A DNA stretch of 64,000 nucleotides, taken from the NCBI GenBank assembly GCA_964187785.1, contig OZ076409.1, forward strand, positions 39,558,001-39,622,000, written 5' to 3'. The translations under genes and the position numbers were made by a program. Positions 43,046-53,239 of this stretch are shown here, in pieces (position 1 is the first letter of the stretch; each line of letters begins with the position of its first letter). The notes beneath the pieces were generated by a model that saw nothing but the letters and a program-made list of their open reading frames with translations, did not search any database and had not been told where the DNA came from. This DNA is from Amphiscolops sp. MND2022 (taxonomy: Eukaryota).

Positions 43046-43880
43046 ATTGCAAGAGTAAAGAATTTGAATTGGAATCTTTAGGCTTGCAAACAAAATTTTA
43101 TTCGGTTATTTAACAACGAACTGACTGTGACTTCTTGTAGGAAAATTTTCTCCCCGGGACCACGAGTCCCGGTTATTTATAATCAACCTAGCATGACGTA
43201 CATAAAATTGGATGTCATCAGTCTAATTTTAGCAACAAATATTCTAAAAATAGACACGAGGGACAACGTGTCTTTACAAATATAATAGCGTAATCCTAAT
43301 AATAGTAACTGCCATGACGTAATTGATTTACACACGTTCATACATATGTAGCAACTACGATCATGATTGTTCATGTGGCCCTTCAGGCCGTTCAATTGAG
43401 TTTCATTAGCAACCTTACATGTAGAGCAATTCATGTTGAATTACATGTAACAGATACGTATAAGGATGGTACATAGACATATCATTACAGTGCACAGGCA
43501 AGCCTTATTTGCTGAAAGCGCAGCATAGTGCGTTCAATATCGTGGATTCCAAGACCATACCTTTAACCGTGCAAAATTGGCAAATTACGTCATTTGTCCC
43601 GGATTCCACGGATTTAGTCCTGGATTCCAGTAACATATGCTTAGCTGTACGAACTGTCGGCATGCAGCGGTGTCCCGGATTCCACAAAAACGTAAGTTTT
43701 CCGAAATGAACCAATCAGATTGCAGAAATCGTAAATTTCCTGGATTCCACGACTTTATGCTGGACGCGATACGCGGCATTTCTTGTTTGAATTAAATTCA
43801 AGTGGATGACTGAACAAACATGATATTATGCACTACTTTTCGTATATTAATTCAAAATGATTCAGACAATCACACCAATA

Positions 43881-44515
43881 TCACACAAAATTTTTGTATT
43901 TTTCAGTTTATTACCAGTTTTGAAAAAACTGCAAGATCATCACAATCTGCCATTATTTGATGACTTGCTTCATTTTTGGTACCAGTCACGAGTATCTCTA
44001 TTCGTACTTCTTGGATTTTTTGTGTCAATCAAAACAATTTCCTTTGATATAAAATTGAATTAATTCAAGTTCTTCTGCCTTTCTAATAATGATCATGCAA
44101 AATGAATATTATATTACACAAATATTCGTATTTTCAAGTTTAGTACCAGTTTTGAACAAACTGCCAGATCATCACAATCTGCCATTATTTGATGACTTGC
44201 TTCATTTTTGGTACCAGTCACGAGTATCTCTATTCGTACTTCTTGGATTTTTTGTGTCAATCAAAACAATTTCCTTTGATATAAAATTGAATTAATTCAA
44301 GTTCTTCTGCCTTTCTAATAATGATCATGCAAAATGAATATTATATTACACAAATATTCGTATTTTCGAGTTTAGTACCAGTTTTGAACAAACTGCCAGA
44401 TCATCACAATCTGCCATTATTTGATGACTTGCTTCATTTTTGGTACCAGTCACGAGTATCTCTATTCATACTTCTTGGATTTTTCGTGTCAATCAAAACA
44501 AGTTCCATTGATATG
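43881..44515. repeat. Tandem repeat, 232-bp unit, ~2.7 copies, near-identical
   Basis: gatcatcacaatctgccattatttgatgacttgcttcatttttggtaccagtcacgag recurs at a spacing of about 232 bp; the ORF track repeats at 43857/44089/44321. Confidence 0.95.
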
Positions 44516-44669
44516 TAATTTTTTTTTAAATTGATGAAAATAAAAAAAGTGCCAAGTATATTAAGTTTTGTCAGTATTTGCAATTTCCAACTTTTATAAT
44601 TTTTGTCACAGAAATTTCAAACAAACATTTTTGTAAACTGGATAAAATTCTGACTCATTTCCAGGTCTA

Positions 44670-44840
44670 GACAGCTGAACGAGAACTGCGCAGGGGAGAG
44701 AGCTAAACCGCACAAAAACGGACTTCTTCGGGCAAAATGTGATGATCACAAAAAGTAACGGGCCACAACCCACAGGAAGCGAAGGCAAAGGAAGCGAAAA
44801 CGAATACTGATAAAAGGCGAAACATACAAACACTCCCAGT
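44670..44840 (+). mobile_element. Short Gypsy 3'-region fragment
   Basis: Translates RTKTDFFGQNVMIT, matching RPKTDFFGNNIMVS near the end of the Gypsy ORF at 62673-63407. Confidence 0.65.
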
Positions 44841-45017
44841 TGCTACTTAATACTCGTGGTACTACCTATATTAAACGATACGCAATTGAGTTTTGATAAT
44901 AGTAGTATGTACAAGGATGATACTTTATTAATAGTATGTACAATTTCGAGAAAGCAAAGTTCGATTACCAAAATATAATTTTTCTAGTATGTATTTTTTC
45001 GAAGGATTCCAAGATTT

Positions 45018-45090
45018 TGCGGTCGGAGAGATTCGAACTCGATACTTTATAATTAGGAAGCCAACGCTCTAACCATTCGGCCATAGCGCC
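45018..45090 (-). pseudogene. tRNA-derived sequence (Arg-CCT-like loop); SINE head or tRNA pseudogene
   Basis: GGCGCTATGGCCGAATGGTTAGAGCG...TTCCTAA...GAGTTCGAATCTC has good A and B boxes at tRNA spacing, but the acceptor and anticodon stems do not pair. Confidence 0.7.
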
Positions 45091-45324
45091 TCTGATTGGA
45101 CGATTTGTTATTTGCTATATAACATTTCCTCTTTTATAAATTGAGAAAATAGGCATACTGAGAGGCCTCTTTTTCGTCCTCACGAAAGATGTTTTGGACA
45201 TATTTTAAATGTCTGACTTCCAATAGCAACAAAGTTTGGCTTTAAAAAGTCTTTGTCTCACGAAAACCATGAAAACAATTTTGCAAGCATTTTATTAAAA
45301 AATGGCATTTATTTATAACTGTCT

Positions 45325-46195
45325 TGTCATCAAAATATAGCAGATTTTTATCAACTGCCATTTTTCCATAAACATTCAACGAATGAGTTCGTTCTTGAAT
45401 GGTCCTAAAACGATTGTGGAAAGTAAGACCATGTCTTTATACATGTGTCGTGGAAACCATATACATATCTTAAACTGTAAGAAAACAACTACCAAAGGGG
45501 GTAGTACGTCAATATTAAAATCTGACTGTATTGTCCTTGTTTCCATCAAAATAGCATTCACTGTTCGATGGCCACGAAAGCGACTGTGGGAAGTAAGACC
45601 ATATCATTATACATGTGTCGCGGAAACCGCATACATATCTTAAACTGTAAGAAAACAACTACCGAAGGGGGTAGTACGTTAATATTTAATTCTGACTGTA
45701 TTATTGTACGTCAACAATGAAATTTTGATATACCGTATTAGTGTCATGGAAAAATTGCTCAAAATTCAATGACGTTTTAGAATATTCTGATATTTATTCA
45801 TATCTGGCTCACTATTGAAAACTGGCAGAATTTAATGAAATGGTACATTAAATGTACCATTTCATTAAATCTACATTTTCGATTGGTTACCAATTTTAGA
45901 GGCCGGCTTTTGTTCGCTCGAAAGGTATTATGGACATGATTTGTCTCTCTAACTTCTAATAGCAACGAATTTTGGCTAAAAATGCAATTCAAAAGTGAAA
46001 TTAATCATGACTAATTTTGGTCCCAATCGTGAGTAATTTTTTTACTCACGATTGGGACCAAAACATCACAAAATCTTTTTTCATTTTAGTATACTGAAAG
46101 GCCTCCTTTTTGTCCTCACGAAAGATATTAGGGATATATTTTAACTGTTTGACTTCTAATAACAACGAAATTTGGCTTAAAATGCAATTCAAAAG
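45325..46195 (+). repeat. Left arm of ~870-bp inverted repeat (199-bp-family units plus palindrome 46015-46063)
   Basis: Reverse complement of ~58865-59738, e.g. ccataaacattcaacgaatgagttcgttcttgaatggtcctaaaacgattgtggaaag versus 59640-59697. Confidence 0.92.
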
Positions 46196-46349
46196 TTCAG
46201 TTGAATGTTGACACTAATGTCTTCGGGTCCTTCCACATGGCGCTGCGATACACGTCTGCAGGCGGGGAAGTGCCAACACCAGGGGGATTGTCAGCTGTGT
46301 CAGGATTGCCAGCTTTCTGAAATTCGCCGGACACAGCACCTAAAACAGA

Positions 46350-47180
46350 ACGGGAATTTCTAACCACCTTTGAACAAAACTATTCAATAAAAGAATTAGA
46401 ACTCCTGGCGGTAGTTTGGGCAATAGAGAATTTTCGAAACTATGTGTATATCTGCCCCTCAAGAATATGTCATTATTATGTCACGTTGGCTATTTCCGCA
46501 TAAACTATTTTGTAACGTTGGATATTTTGGCATTGGCTAATATGGCATTGGTTATTATGATAATGATTTGATGCATTTGACGCTCCGACGCTCTCATTAG
46601 CACGCGTCTCAATACTGTGTTCTTTAGTACAATCAATTATTTGCATCCAAAAATAAATAATTGTAATTGCTACCTCCTAAAAATAAAAAATTGTGTTTAT
46701 TTTATTGCTAATCATTTTTCGACCAATTATTTTTTTAACACCCTTGCAAGTAGAGAGATAGGTAGATATCTACCCGCTGGGTAGATAGGTTATTACCGTT
46801 CCAATTCACAGTAACGCACTCACCAGGCAGAACGATAGGAATGGCTGACTATTTTCCCAGGTATCCCTCGCCAAGTCACCAAAATAACCAAATAAAAGAA
46901 CTATGGAATAACTGGTTTACAGTAAACAAAATTGATAATGAGAAAATTGTTTTAGATCAGCAGAAACGGCAAGAAGTAACAAAGCAACCAATCAGAGAAA
47001 AGATGACAGGTGAGGAAAAAGTGGCAGGAGAGAGCGAACGGACGGCCGGCGGCGAAAGCGAACGCGAGAACGAATTATGCGAACAAGAAAGAAAAACACT
47101 TAAAGGCATAATTGCGTCAATTTGTAATCAAGACAGCAGCGGAACGATGAACGACGAATAACTGTAATAAAAACTAAAAC
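46350..47180 (+). mobile_element. Gypsy RNase H/linker fragment, interrupted at ~46451-46770
   Basis: FLTTFEQNYSIKELELLAVVWAIENFRNYVY (to ~46449), resuming as TRWVDRLLPFQFTVTHSPGRTIGMADY (from ~46772). Confidence 0.85.
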
Positions 47181-47293
47181 CACTGGTGTTTCTACAACAC
47201 ACTTAGCACTGTATACTGGGGAGAACTAAAAGTTTATGTATGGTGGGGTCGTTTAGCACTAGGAATGGTTAGTACTAGAAGTCTAAATGACAA

Positions 47294-47533
47294 TCAGCGC
47301 ATCCTAAATCCGAAAAACGGATCGATTCTTACACTTCCACTGGGCCCGTTCCTTAAGACACAGTTCTTCCTGCAAAGGGGGCACGCAACTTCTAATCTCG
47401 CCTGGGCCCACCCTCTGCGCTCGTTGTCGCGATCCTTCACCTCAATCCAACGATTGCGGCATCCCTCACAGAGGAAGTGTTGGTCGTGGAGGCTCGTTCG
47501 TGTTTCTTCATGGCAGACCATGCACTGAGGCAT
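47294..47533 (-). CDS. Small RING-finger protein (79 aa), putative E3 ubiquitin ligase
   Basis: ATG in aaaATG context. Pattern C-x2-C...H-x2-H-x2-C-x2-C-x3-W...C-P-L-C-R, including the Trp and CPxCR typical of E2-binding RINGs. Confidence 0.78.
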   Translation of the reverse strand: MPQCMVCHEETRTSLHDQHFLCEGCRNRWIEVKDRDNERRGWAQARLEVACPLCRKNCVLRNGPSGSVRIDPFFGFRMR

Positions 47534-47979
47534 TTTGCGATATAATATGAAGGTATCAAAATTATGGTTAGAAAATTTTTTTCGAAATTATGGACGTTTT
47601 TGCTAGGCAGTATTCCAAATGAATGATAACCAGACTGGTTAAACCAGTAACCGAAATTTCAGCAAACATTGAAAGATTTCAACTAAAGGGAACGTCCCTT
47701 TTGTTCACGGTACCTTGGCGTTTTTTCACACTGAAAGTGGCTTTAATGCATTACTCGCTTTCTTTAATGAACACGCGGACACTGATAAATAACCTTTTTG
47801 GGCTAACAATTATTTAGAATCCTAATTACGGACAAGTGAGATCAACAATTTCTCTTTGTTCAGCTATTGCTATTGAACCGTGAATCAGAACAATTTGAAG
47901 CTGAATATGAACATTGTAAACGCGACCAGGCCGCCCATATTTTGTCCCCGGTGTCCCAACCATCATGACATGTAATAGC

Positions 47980-48620
47980 AACGAATACTTTTCTCCTTGA
48001 CTTGTAATAAACACAAAATTTGTCTCAAAAGTCCTAGTCTCACGAAAACACCTATCAATTTTGCATGGCATTTTTTGAAAACATGGCATTTATTCATAAC
48101 TGTCTTGTCATCAAAATATGGCAGATTTTGATCAATTGCCATTTTTTCATTAGCACTCAACGAATGAGCTCGTTTTTGAATGGTCCCAAAACGACTATAG
48201 AAAGTAAGACCATATCTTTATACATGTGTCGTGGAAACCGCATACTAATCTTAAACTGTAAGAAAACAACTACCAAAGGGGGTAGTACGTCAATATTTAA
48301 ATCTGACTGTATTGTCCTGGTTTCCACCATTTTGAGCATATTGTCTTGGATTCCACCAAAATAGCATTCACTGTTCGATGGCCACGAAAGCGAATGTGGA
48401 AAGTAAGACCATATTTTTATACGTGTCGTGGAAACCGCATACATATCTTAAACTGTAAGAAAACAACTACCGAAGGTAGTAGTATTTCAATATGTAAATT
48501 TTAAAGAACCGTATTAGTGTCATGGAACTATTGTTCAATTTTGGATGGCGTTTCATAATTTTCTGGCATTTTTCCTCGTTTTGCTTTTAAATAAAATCTG
48601 GCAGATTTTGTTTAACTCCA
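47980..48620 (+). repeat. 199-bp-family repeat block (same orientation as left arm)
   Basis: aaagtaagaccatat...gtgtcgtggaaaccgcatac...aaactgtaagaaaacaactacc recurs at ~48201 and ~48399. Confidence 0.9.
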
Positions 48621-48897
48621 ACTTTTCGATTGGTTTACCATGGTTTATCATAACCTCTACTTCTCGCGACGTAACGGGGTACGATGTGTTGGTTTCTCTT
48701 CACTGTATTTGATCTTCAGCAGAGTATGAAAAATCTTTCACAACTTGAAATTGGAGTTATGTTTATCACAGAGATACGCAAATTCAAGAACAGAATTCTA
48801 ATAGTATTATTTTGAAATAGTAATGTATCGCTAGATATGAACACAAATATCAACACAACATAATTACGGTGTCCCATTTTTTGTTGAACTCTGGGGT

Positions 48898-49511
48898 CTA
48901 CAAAGTGATCTGAGAACATTCTTCATCTAAGTCGTCGTCGTCATCATCAATGTTGTCAATTTCTCCGGCGAAAGTGTCATCATCATTCTCGAAAAAGAGT
49001 TTTGGTAATCTCGTTTGTCCATTTCTGTATCGTTTGAGATAAGCCACAGCCGATATATTCTCGTTTGATTTTTTCCCTGATATTTGATCAAGGAAGAGTG
49101 GTCTCATATCATTTACTCTGGCTCGACGAAAATTACTTCCGGGGGCGATGGTGTAATCTTTGGGGTCTAACAACGTAACTACTTTTTTGACATCCATGAT
49201 AAAATTCTTCTTCAAAAAAGTTAGACCTCCTTGGGCAAATTTCTGAGCAATTTGTGAGTATTGAGCAGTTTCTTTTTTCTGTTTTGCTGTGAGTTGCGAT
49301 GATGGGTATTGACTGTCCGAATCTGAAGACTGGGACGTGGAAAGTCTTAGTTTTTTCGCCGGCGGCATCTTCTTTTTCAGTTCTTCAATTTCTTGCACAG
49401 ATCCTGTGGCGATTACTAGGTCTTCTTCGTCTTTGACCAGAACGAAGCAATTAGGCAGTCGTGAATGTGTCTTCATGAGGGCGTCTGCTTGATCGTGTTC
49501 AATGAATATGC
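48898..49511 (-). CDS. C-terminal part of the transposase gene (second half of BRCT-like domain plus acidic tail), separated by a 1-nt frameshift
   Basis: One extra G in the run at 49511-49515 gives LIKLINEMGGIFIEHDQADALMKTHSRLPNCFVLVK...TFLKKNFIMDVKKVVTLLDPKDYTI, a BRCT-like pattern. Contains NLS-like PPAKKLR. Confidence 0.72.
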
Positions 49512-52277
49512 CCCCATTTCGTTGATAAGTTTAATCAGAACATCCTTCGTTAACGAAATCCCATCGACTACCCCTAATCTTCCAATTGAAGTGAACCTCA
49601 TACCACTTAAAAGTTGGGAATCGGGATGCGATTTCCCGATTGCAAGAGAAGTCGAGGAAATTGGGGTCTTGCAAATTTCGAGGTATGTTGGTCCGGGGTA
49701 TTTTGCTTCCAAATCATCAACAAGTTTCTTAAGTATTTCAGATATTTCCAAGCCATCATGCTTCATTGTTTCCAATTCAATCGATGCACGGAGGAATTTT
49801 CCAAATGAAGATGACAATTCCAGGAAAAGAGGATCTTTATGGTAAATATTACCGCCACCACGCATGGTTTTTGTCTGGAAATAGCGATTTGCGTGATGAT
49901 TGGATTTTTCAAGCCCTTCGCACATGTGGTCAAAAGGTCTTTCCACAAACCCTCCTTCTACAATCTGCGGCATCATTGCGAGCTTCAACTTATATGGTGT
50001 CAATGAGCATTCACCAAATAACAAAATGCTTGTCTGATAATATATTTCAGCCCATTTCTTGTAGCATTGGGCGTCAAACTGCTCAGATCTCAAGAGAATT
50101 GCACAGCGGTTCAGGCTGGAGCGCAGCAATTCACATGCATCTGTCTTCGAGATGTATGGATTGGCGGATGTCTTGTCACTAGGGTGAGGCTTATCGAAAA
50201 GTTCTGGGAGAAATTGTTTTAGTATTTGATCACTAGCAGCTGATTCACTCCCAATAACAACATCGTTTGTGGGATCCCAAACATCTTCAAAAAGATTCCC
50301 TATTGAACAATCATTTGCGCCAGCCAATTCTTCTTTTTCTGCTATAATAGATAGGGCATTACTTCCGGCTAATGACACACTGTTCACAGTACCAACACCA
50401 GAACCTAGTTTTGTGTTCACATTGAACTGGAAATATGGCCTTTTTGCATCACGTCGTGTAAGATTTTCTTCAAAGGCTTTGAGTGAGGGGCCATAATCGG
50501 GATACTTGTCAGTGATTATTTTCTGCGCCACTCTCCTCAAGTCGTTTTCAACACATCTGGTGATCATGTGCGTCGGGTCAGGGCATATACATCGCACGTC
50601 TTGGAAATAAACAAGGGATGTTTTTGGCAGTTCCTCTCGGAAAGGTATCTTAAGATCGGTTCTCAGACCTGTTTCAGGATGGCAATTTGTTGGCAAAAAG
50701 CTATTATCAGGAACATGAAGTGGCATTTTTGATTCGAAATTCGTTTCACAGGAAATTCCAAGTATCAAGCGTAGCAAAAATGGTGTATCTCCACTGTAGG
50801 TTAGTTTAACACCACGATCTGACAACTCCGACGTTTTCTGGTAGAGCCAACCCGAACTTTGATCACCAGCTATAGTTGGTCCAAGGTTCTGTTCCATCGC
50901 GAATCGGCTGTCTTTTCCTCGATACGATGCAAAACAGAACACTGAACTTGATGACTGGCAACTAATTTTTTCCGATAACACTCGAAAGGCAAAACGGGTT
51001 GTTTCCAGGCCTCCAATTTCACAAGCGTCGCCCCAGATATCAATTCTCAAACCACATAAATCATACATTCCGAGCAAGTATGCGGCCAGCTCAACACATT
51101 TTATCAGATCGCATCGGAAACCGGAGAACGTTCTTTCGGGATGGCATAGTGAAACAAAATAGGTCTGGATTTGAGCTGTTGATTTCTTGATCAAGCGTAT
51201 ACAAGGTACTACGTTGTATCCCAAGCCAACTACCGAAAGTTTCGATCTGATAAGTTTTATGACTGCCTCTGTATTTCCAGTTTGAGCAGTAAGTGATAAA
51301 ATGTCACTGAATTCCTTGGTCGATCCTCGATTCTCAAAAAGTCGGTCGATTAGAATTTTCACCACATTCACGTCTTCCTTCTTTGTGAATCCCTGGTATT
51401 TCCGTTCAACAATGTTGTCTTTCACTTGTTCTACAAACTCAGTGAACCCAATTTCTTTATTATCGTTGGCCTCATCGATGACCTTTTTCCAGAAACAAGT
51501 GGCTGCTTCTTTGTTCAATTTTTTTGTTCTCCTCTTTTGGGGGTATGGGCTTGTCGCTGCATCAAGGTACATTGTTGGTGGTGCATGCGAATCCATTGTT
51601 TCAAGGTCCATTGTTGGTGGTGCATGCGAATCCATGGTTCCAGGGTCCATTGTTGGTGGTGCATGCGAATCCATGGTTCCAGGGTCCATTGTTGGTGGTG
51701 CATGCGAATCCATGGTTCCAGGATCCATTGCTGGTGGTGCATGCGAATCCATGGTTCCAGGGTCCATTGTTGGTGGTGCATGCGAATCCATGGTTCCAGG
51801 GTCCATTGTTGGTGGTGCACGCGAATCCATGGTTCCAGGGTCCATTGTTGGTGGTGCATGCGAATCCATGGTTCCAGGGTCCATTGTTGGTGGTGCATGC
51901 GAATCCATGGTTTCAAGGTCCATTGTTGGTGGTGCATGCGAATCCATGGTTTCAAGGTTCATTCTTGGTGTTGCAAGCGAATTCATTGTTTCAAGGTCCA
52001 TTCTTGGTGTTGCAAGCGAATTCATTGTTTCAAGGTCCATTCTTGGTGTTGCAAGCGAATTCATTGTTTCAAGCACCATTGTTGGTGGTGGTGAAAACAG
52101 ATCCGAGGTACGTATTGCAAGGGGATTCAAGGTTGGTGTTACAAGAAGAGGAAAATTGAAAGTATCTTCGTAAGGAATCAAATATCGAGGGACGAAGCAT
52201 TCCACAAATCTCTTCCTTGCGTCGGTCCATTGGAAATCCTTGAACCCTCGGAAGATTAAAAACATCGCAATTTTTCC
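49473..52277 (-). CDS. RAG1/Transib-like DDE transposase, exon 2
   Basis: Acceptor ttcttttcAG ends at 52278. Ordered motifs IDIWGDA (D at 51027-51029), TYSGDTPFL (D at 50787-50789), CPDPTHMITR, VSLAG, LTPYK and CEGLEKSNH (E at 49908-49910) parallel RAG1 ESCDG / GYDEK / DALHCD / ITNY / SEGNESGNK. Confidence 0.8.
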   Translation of the reverse strand, partial: GKIAMFLIFRGFKDFQWTDARKRFVECFVPRYLIPYEDTFNFPLLVTPTLNPLAIRTSDLFSPPPTMVLETMNSLATPRMDLETMNSLATPRMDLETMNSLATPRMNLETMDSHAPPTMDLETMDSHAPPTMDPGTMDSHAPPTMDPGTMDSRAPPTMDPGTMDSHAPPTMDPGTMDSHAPPAMDPGTMDSHAPPTMDPGTMDSHAPPTMDPGTMDSHAPPTMDLETMDSHAPPTMYLDAATSPYPQKRRTKKLNKEAATCFWKKVIDEANDNKEIGFTEFVEQVKDNIVERKYQGFTKKEDVNVVKILIDRLFENRGSTKEFSDILSLTAQTGNTEAVIKLIRSKLSVVGLGYNVVPCIRLIKKSTAQIQTYFVSLCHPERTFSGFRCDLIKCVELAAYLLGMYDLCGLRIDIWGDACEIGGLETTRFAFRVLSEKISCQSSSSVFCFASYRGKDSRFAMEQNLGPTIAGDQSSGWLYQKTSELSDRGVKLTYSGDTPFLLRLILGISCETNFESKMPLHVPDNSFLPTNCHPETGLRTDLKIPFREELPKTSLVYFQDVRCICPDPTHMITRCVENDLRRVAQKIITDKYPDYGPSLKAFEENLTRRDAKRPYFQFNVNTKLGSGVGTVNSVSLAGSNALSIIAEKEELAGANDCSIGNLFEDVWDPTNDVVIGSESAASDQILKQFLPELFDKPHPSDKTSANPYISKTDACELLRSSLNRCAILLRSEQFDAQCYKKWAEIYYQTSILLFGECSLTPYKLKLAMMPQIVEGGFVERPFDHMCEGLEKSNHHANRYFQTKTMRGGGNIYHKDPLFLELSSSFGKFLRASIELETMKHDGLEISEILKKLVDDLEAKYPGPTYLEICKTPISSTSLAIGKSHPDSQLLSGMRFTSIGRLGVVDGISLTKDVLIKLINEMGAYSLNTIKQTPS
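51570..52090 (-). repeat. Coding minisatellite: 13 x 39 bp (MDPGTMDSHAPPT / MDLETMNSLATPR)
   Basis: Directly visible in the DNA and in the 978-aa ORF translation. Confidence 0.97.
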
Positions 52278-52679
52278 CTGAAAAGAATATTTTTTCGAAA
52301 ACGGTTTTTGTGGTGGATATGTAAATGTTTCAGTTATGTATTTAGTAAAGGTATTTTTAGTTTTTGGGGATGAGGGCAAAAAACAAAGATGAAGAGAAAA
52401 AAGTTTCAAAATGAATTTCCAAACTTATTTTCATATCGTGGTTCGTAGTTTTTTCCAAAATGAATGCATTGATTTCGAATGCGAGCGACCACTAAATTGC
52501 AAGAACGTGGCGTGTAGCCAATTGGTGGTGGACAAGAGAAAACGCGCGGTTTGCACAATTATATCAATTTAAATGAACATTCACAAATCTCCAAAAGCAT
52601 CCAAAACGCCAGCGAAGTACGACTTTTACGAAAAAGATAGACACTTGCAAAAATGGTAATTAGAAAAAAAGTTACTTAC

Positions 52680-52907
52680 TGCTATACACACAGTCGGTTT
52701 GCTTTGTCCTTTCATGGGAATTCTCCGGAGTAAGTCTTTGTTATTTAACCCACACCCGGCGAATGCATCGTCAATGATCTTTTCGAATTTTCTGTATTTG
52801 TTCGTGAATCGTTTCTCGGCCATGACTTCGAACATTTTGCTGTCGATAAACAGCAAATTTTCATCGATTTGTACAGAATGGGCATTCCAAAGTGCTAAGG
52901 GGTCCAT
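52680..52907 (-). CDS. Transposase gene, exon 1 (76 aa)
   Basis: ATG at 52907 (MDPLALWN...KPTVCIA). Donor GTAAGT begins at 52679, phase 0, matching the phase-0 acceptor before 52277 (GKIAMFLIFRGF). Confidence 0.72.
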
Positions 52908-53239
52908 TAAAAGAGCGTTGATATGAGATTTCAACAACGTTGTGTTCAACTCAACTAGTGATGAAGATGTATGAAGGTCACAGTGACTATCTGAAATATA
53001 TTTGCTAAATGACACTTTGATTCAGAAGTTGAGATTGGGAGTTAAGATGAACCGACACGTTCACAAAAACAGGGACTTTCAATACCATAATGAAAAGAAG
53101 CTCTTGAACAACTTTCTCTTTACGTGACGTGGAAACCCTATTTTCGTGACTAATAAATTTTAAAACCAAGCCAATACAAACTGATATGATTATGGACGTA
53201 ACACGAAGCTCATTCGTTAAAGTAAAGTAGTCAAAAAAC

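Noticed and set aside
43857..44518. Three near-identical 65-68 aa ORFs suggesting a small gene array or CRISPR-like array
   Set aside because: Plain 232-bp tandem repeat with no unique spacers; eukaryotic context and no cas genes.
45018..45090. Functional tRNA-Arg(CCT) gene
   Set aside because: Acceptor and anticodon stems do not base-pair, so it is kept only as a tRNA-derived sequence.
51301..52173. ORFs of 146-290 aa in other frames (e.g. HCWWCMRI repeats resembling a metal-binding protein)
   Set aside because: Shadows of the stop-free 39-bp minisatellite; only the minus-strand frame continues into recognisable domains.
47294..52907. Bona fide RAG1-RAG2 (ProtoRAG) locus
   Set aside because: No kelch-repeat/PHD RAG2-like gene is visible, the zinc ligands are missing, and no heptamer-spacer-nonamer pair was found.
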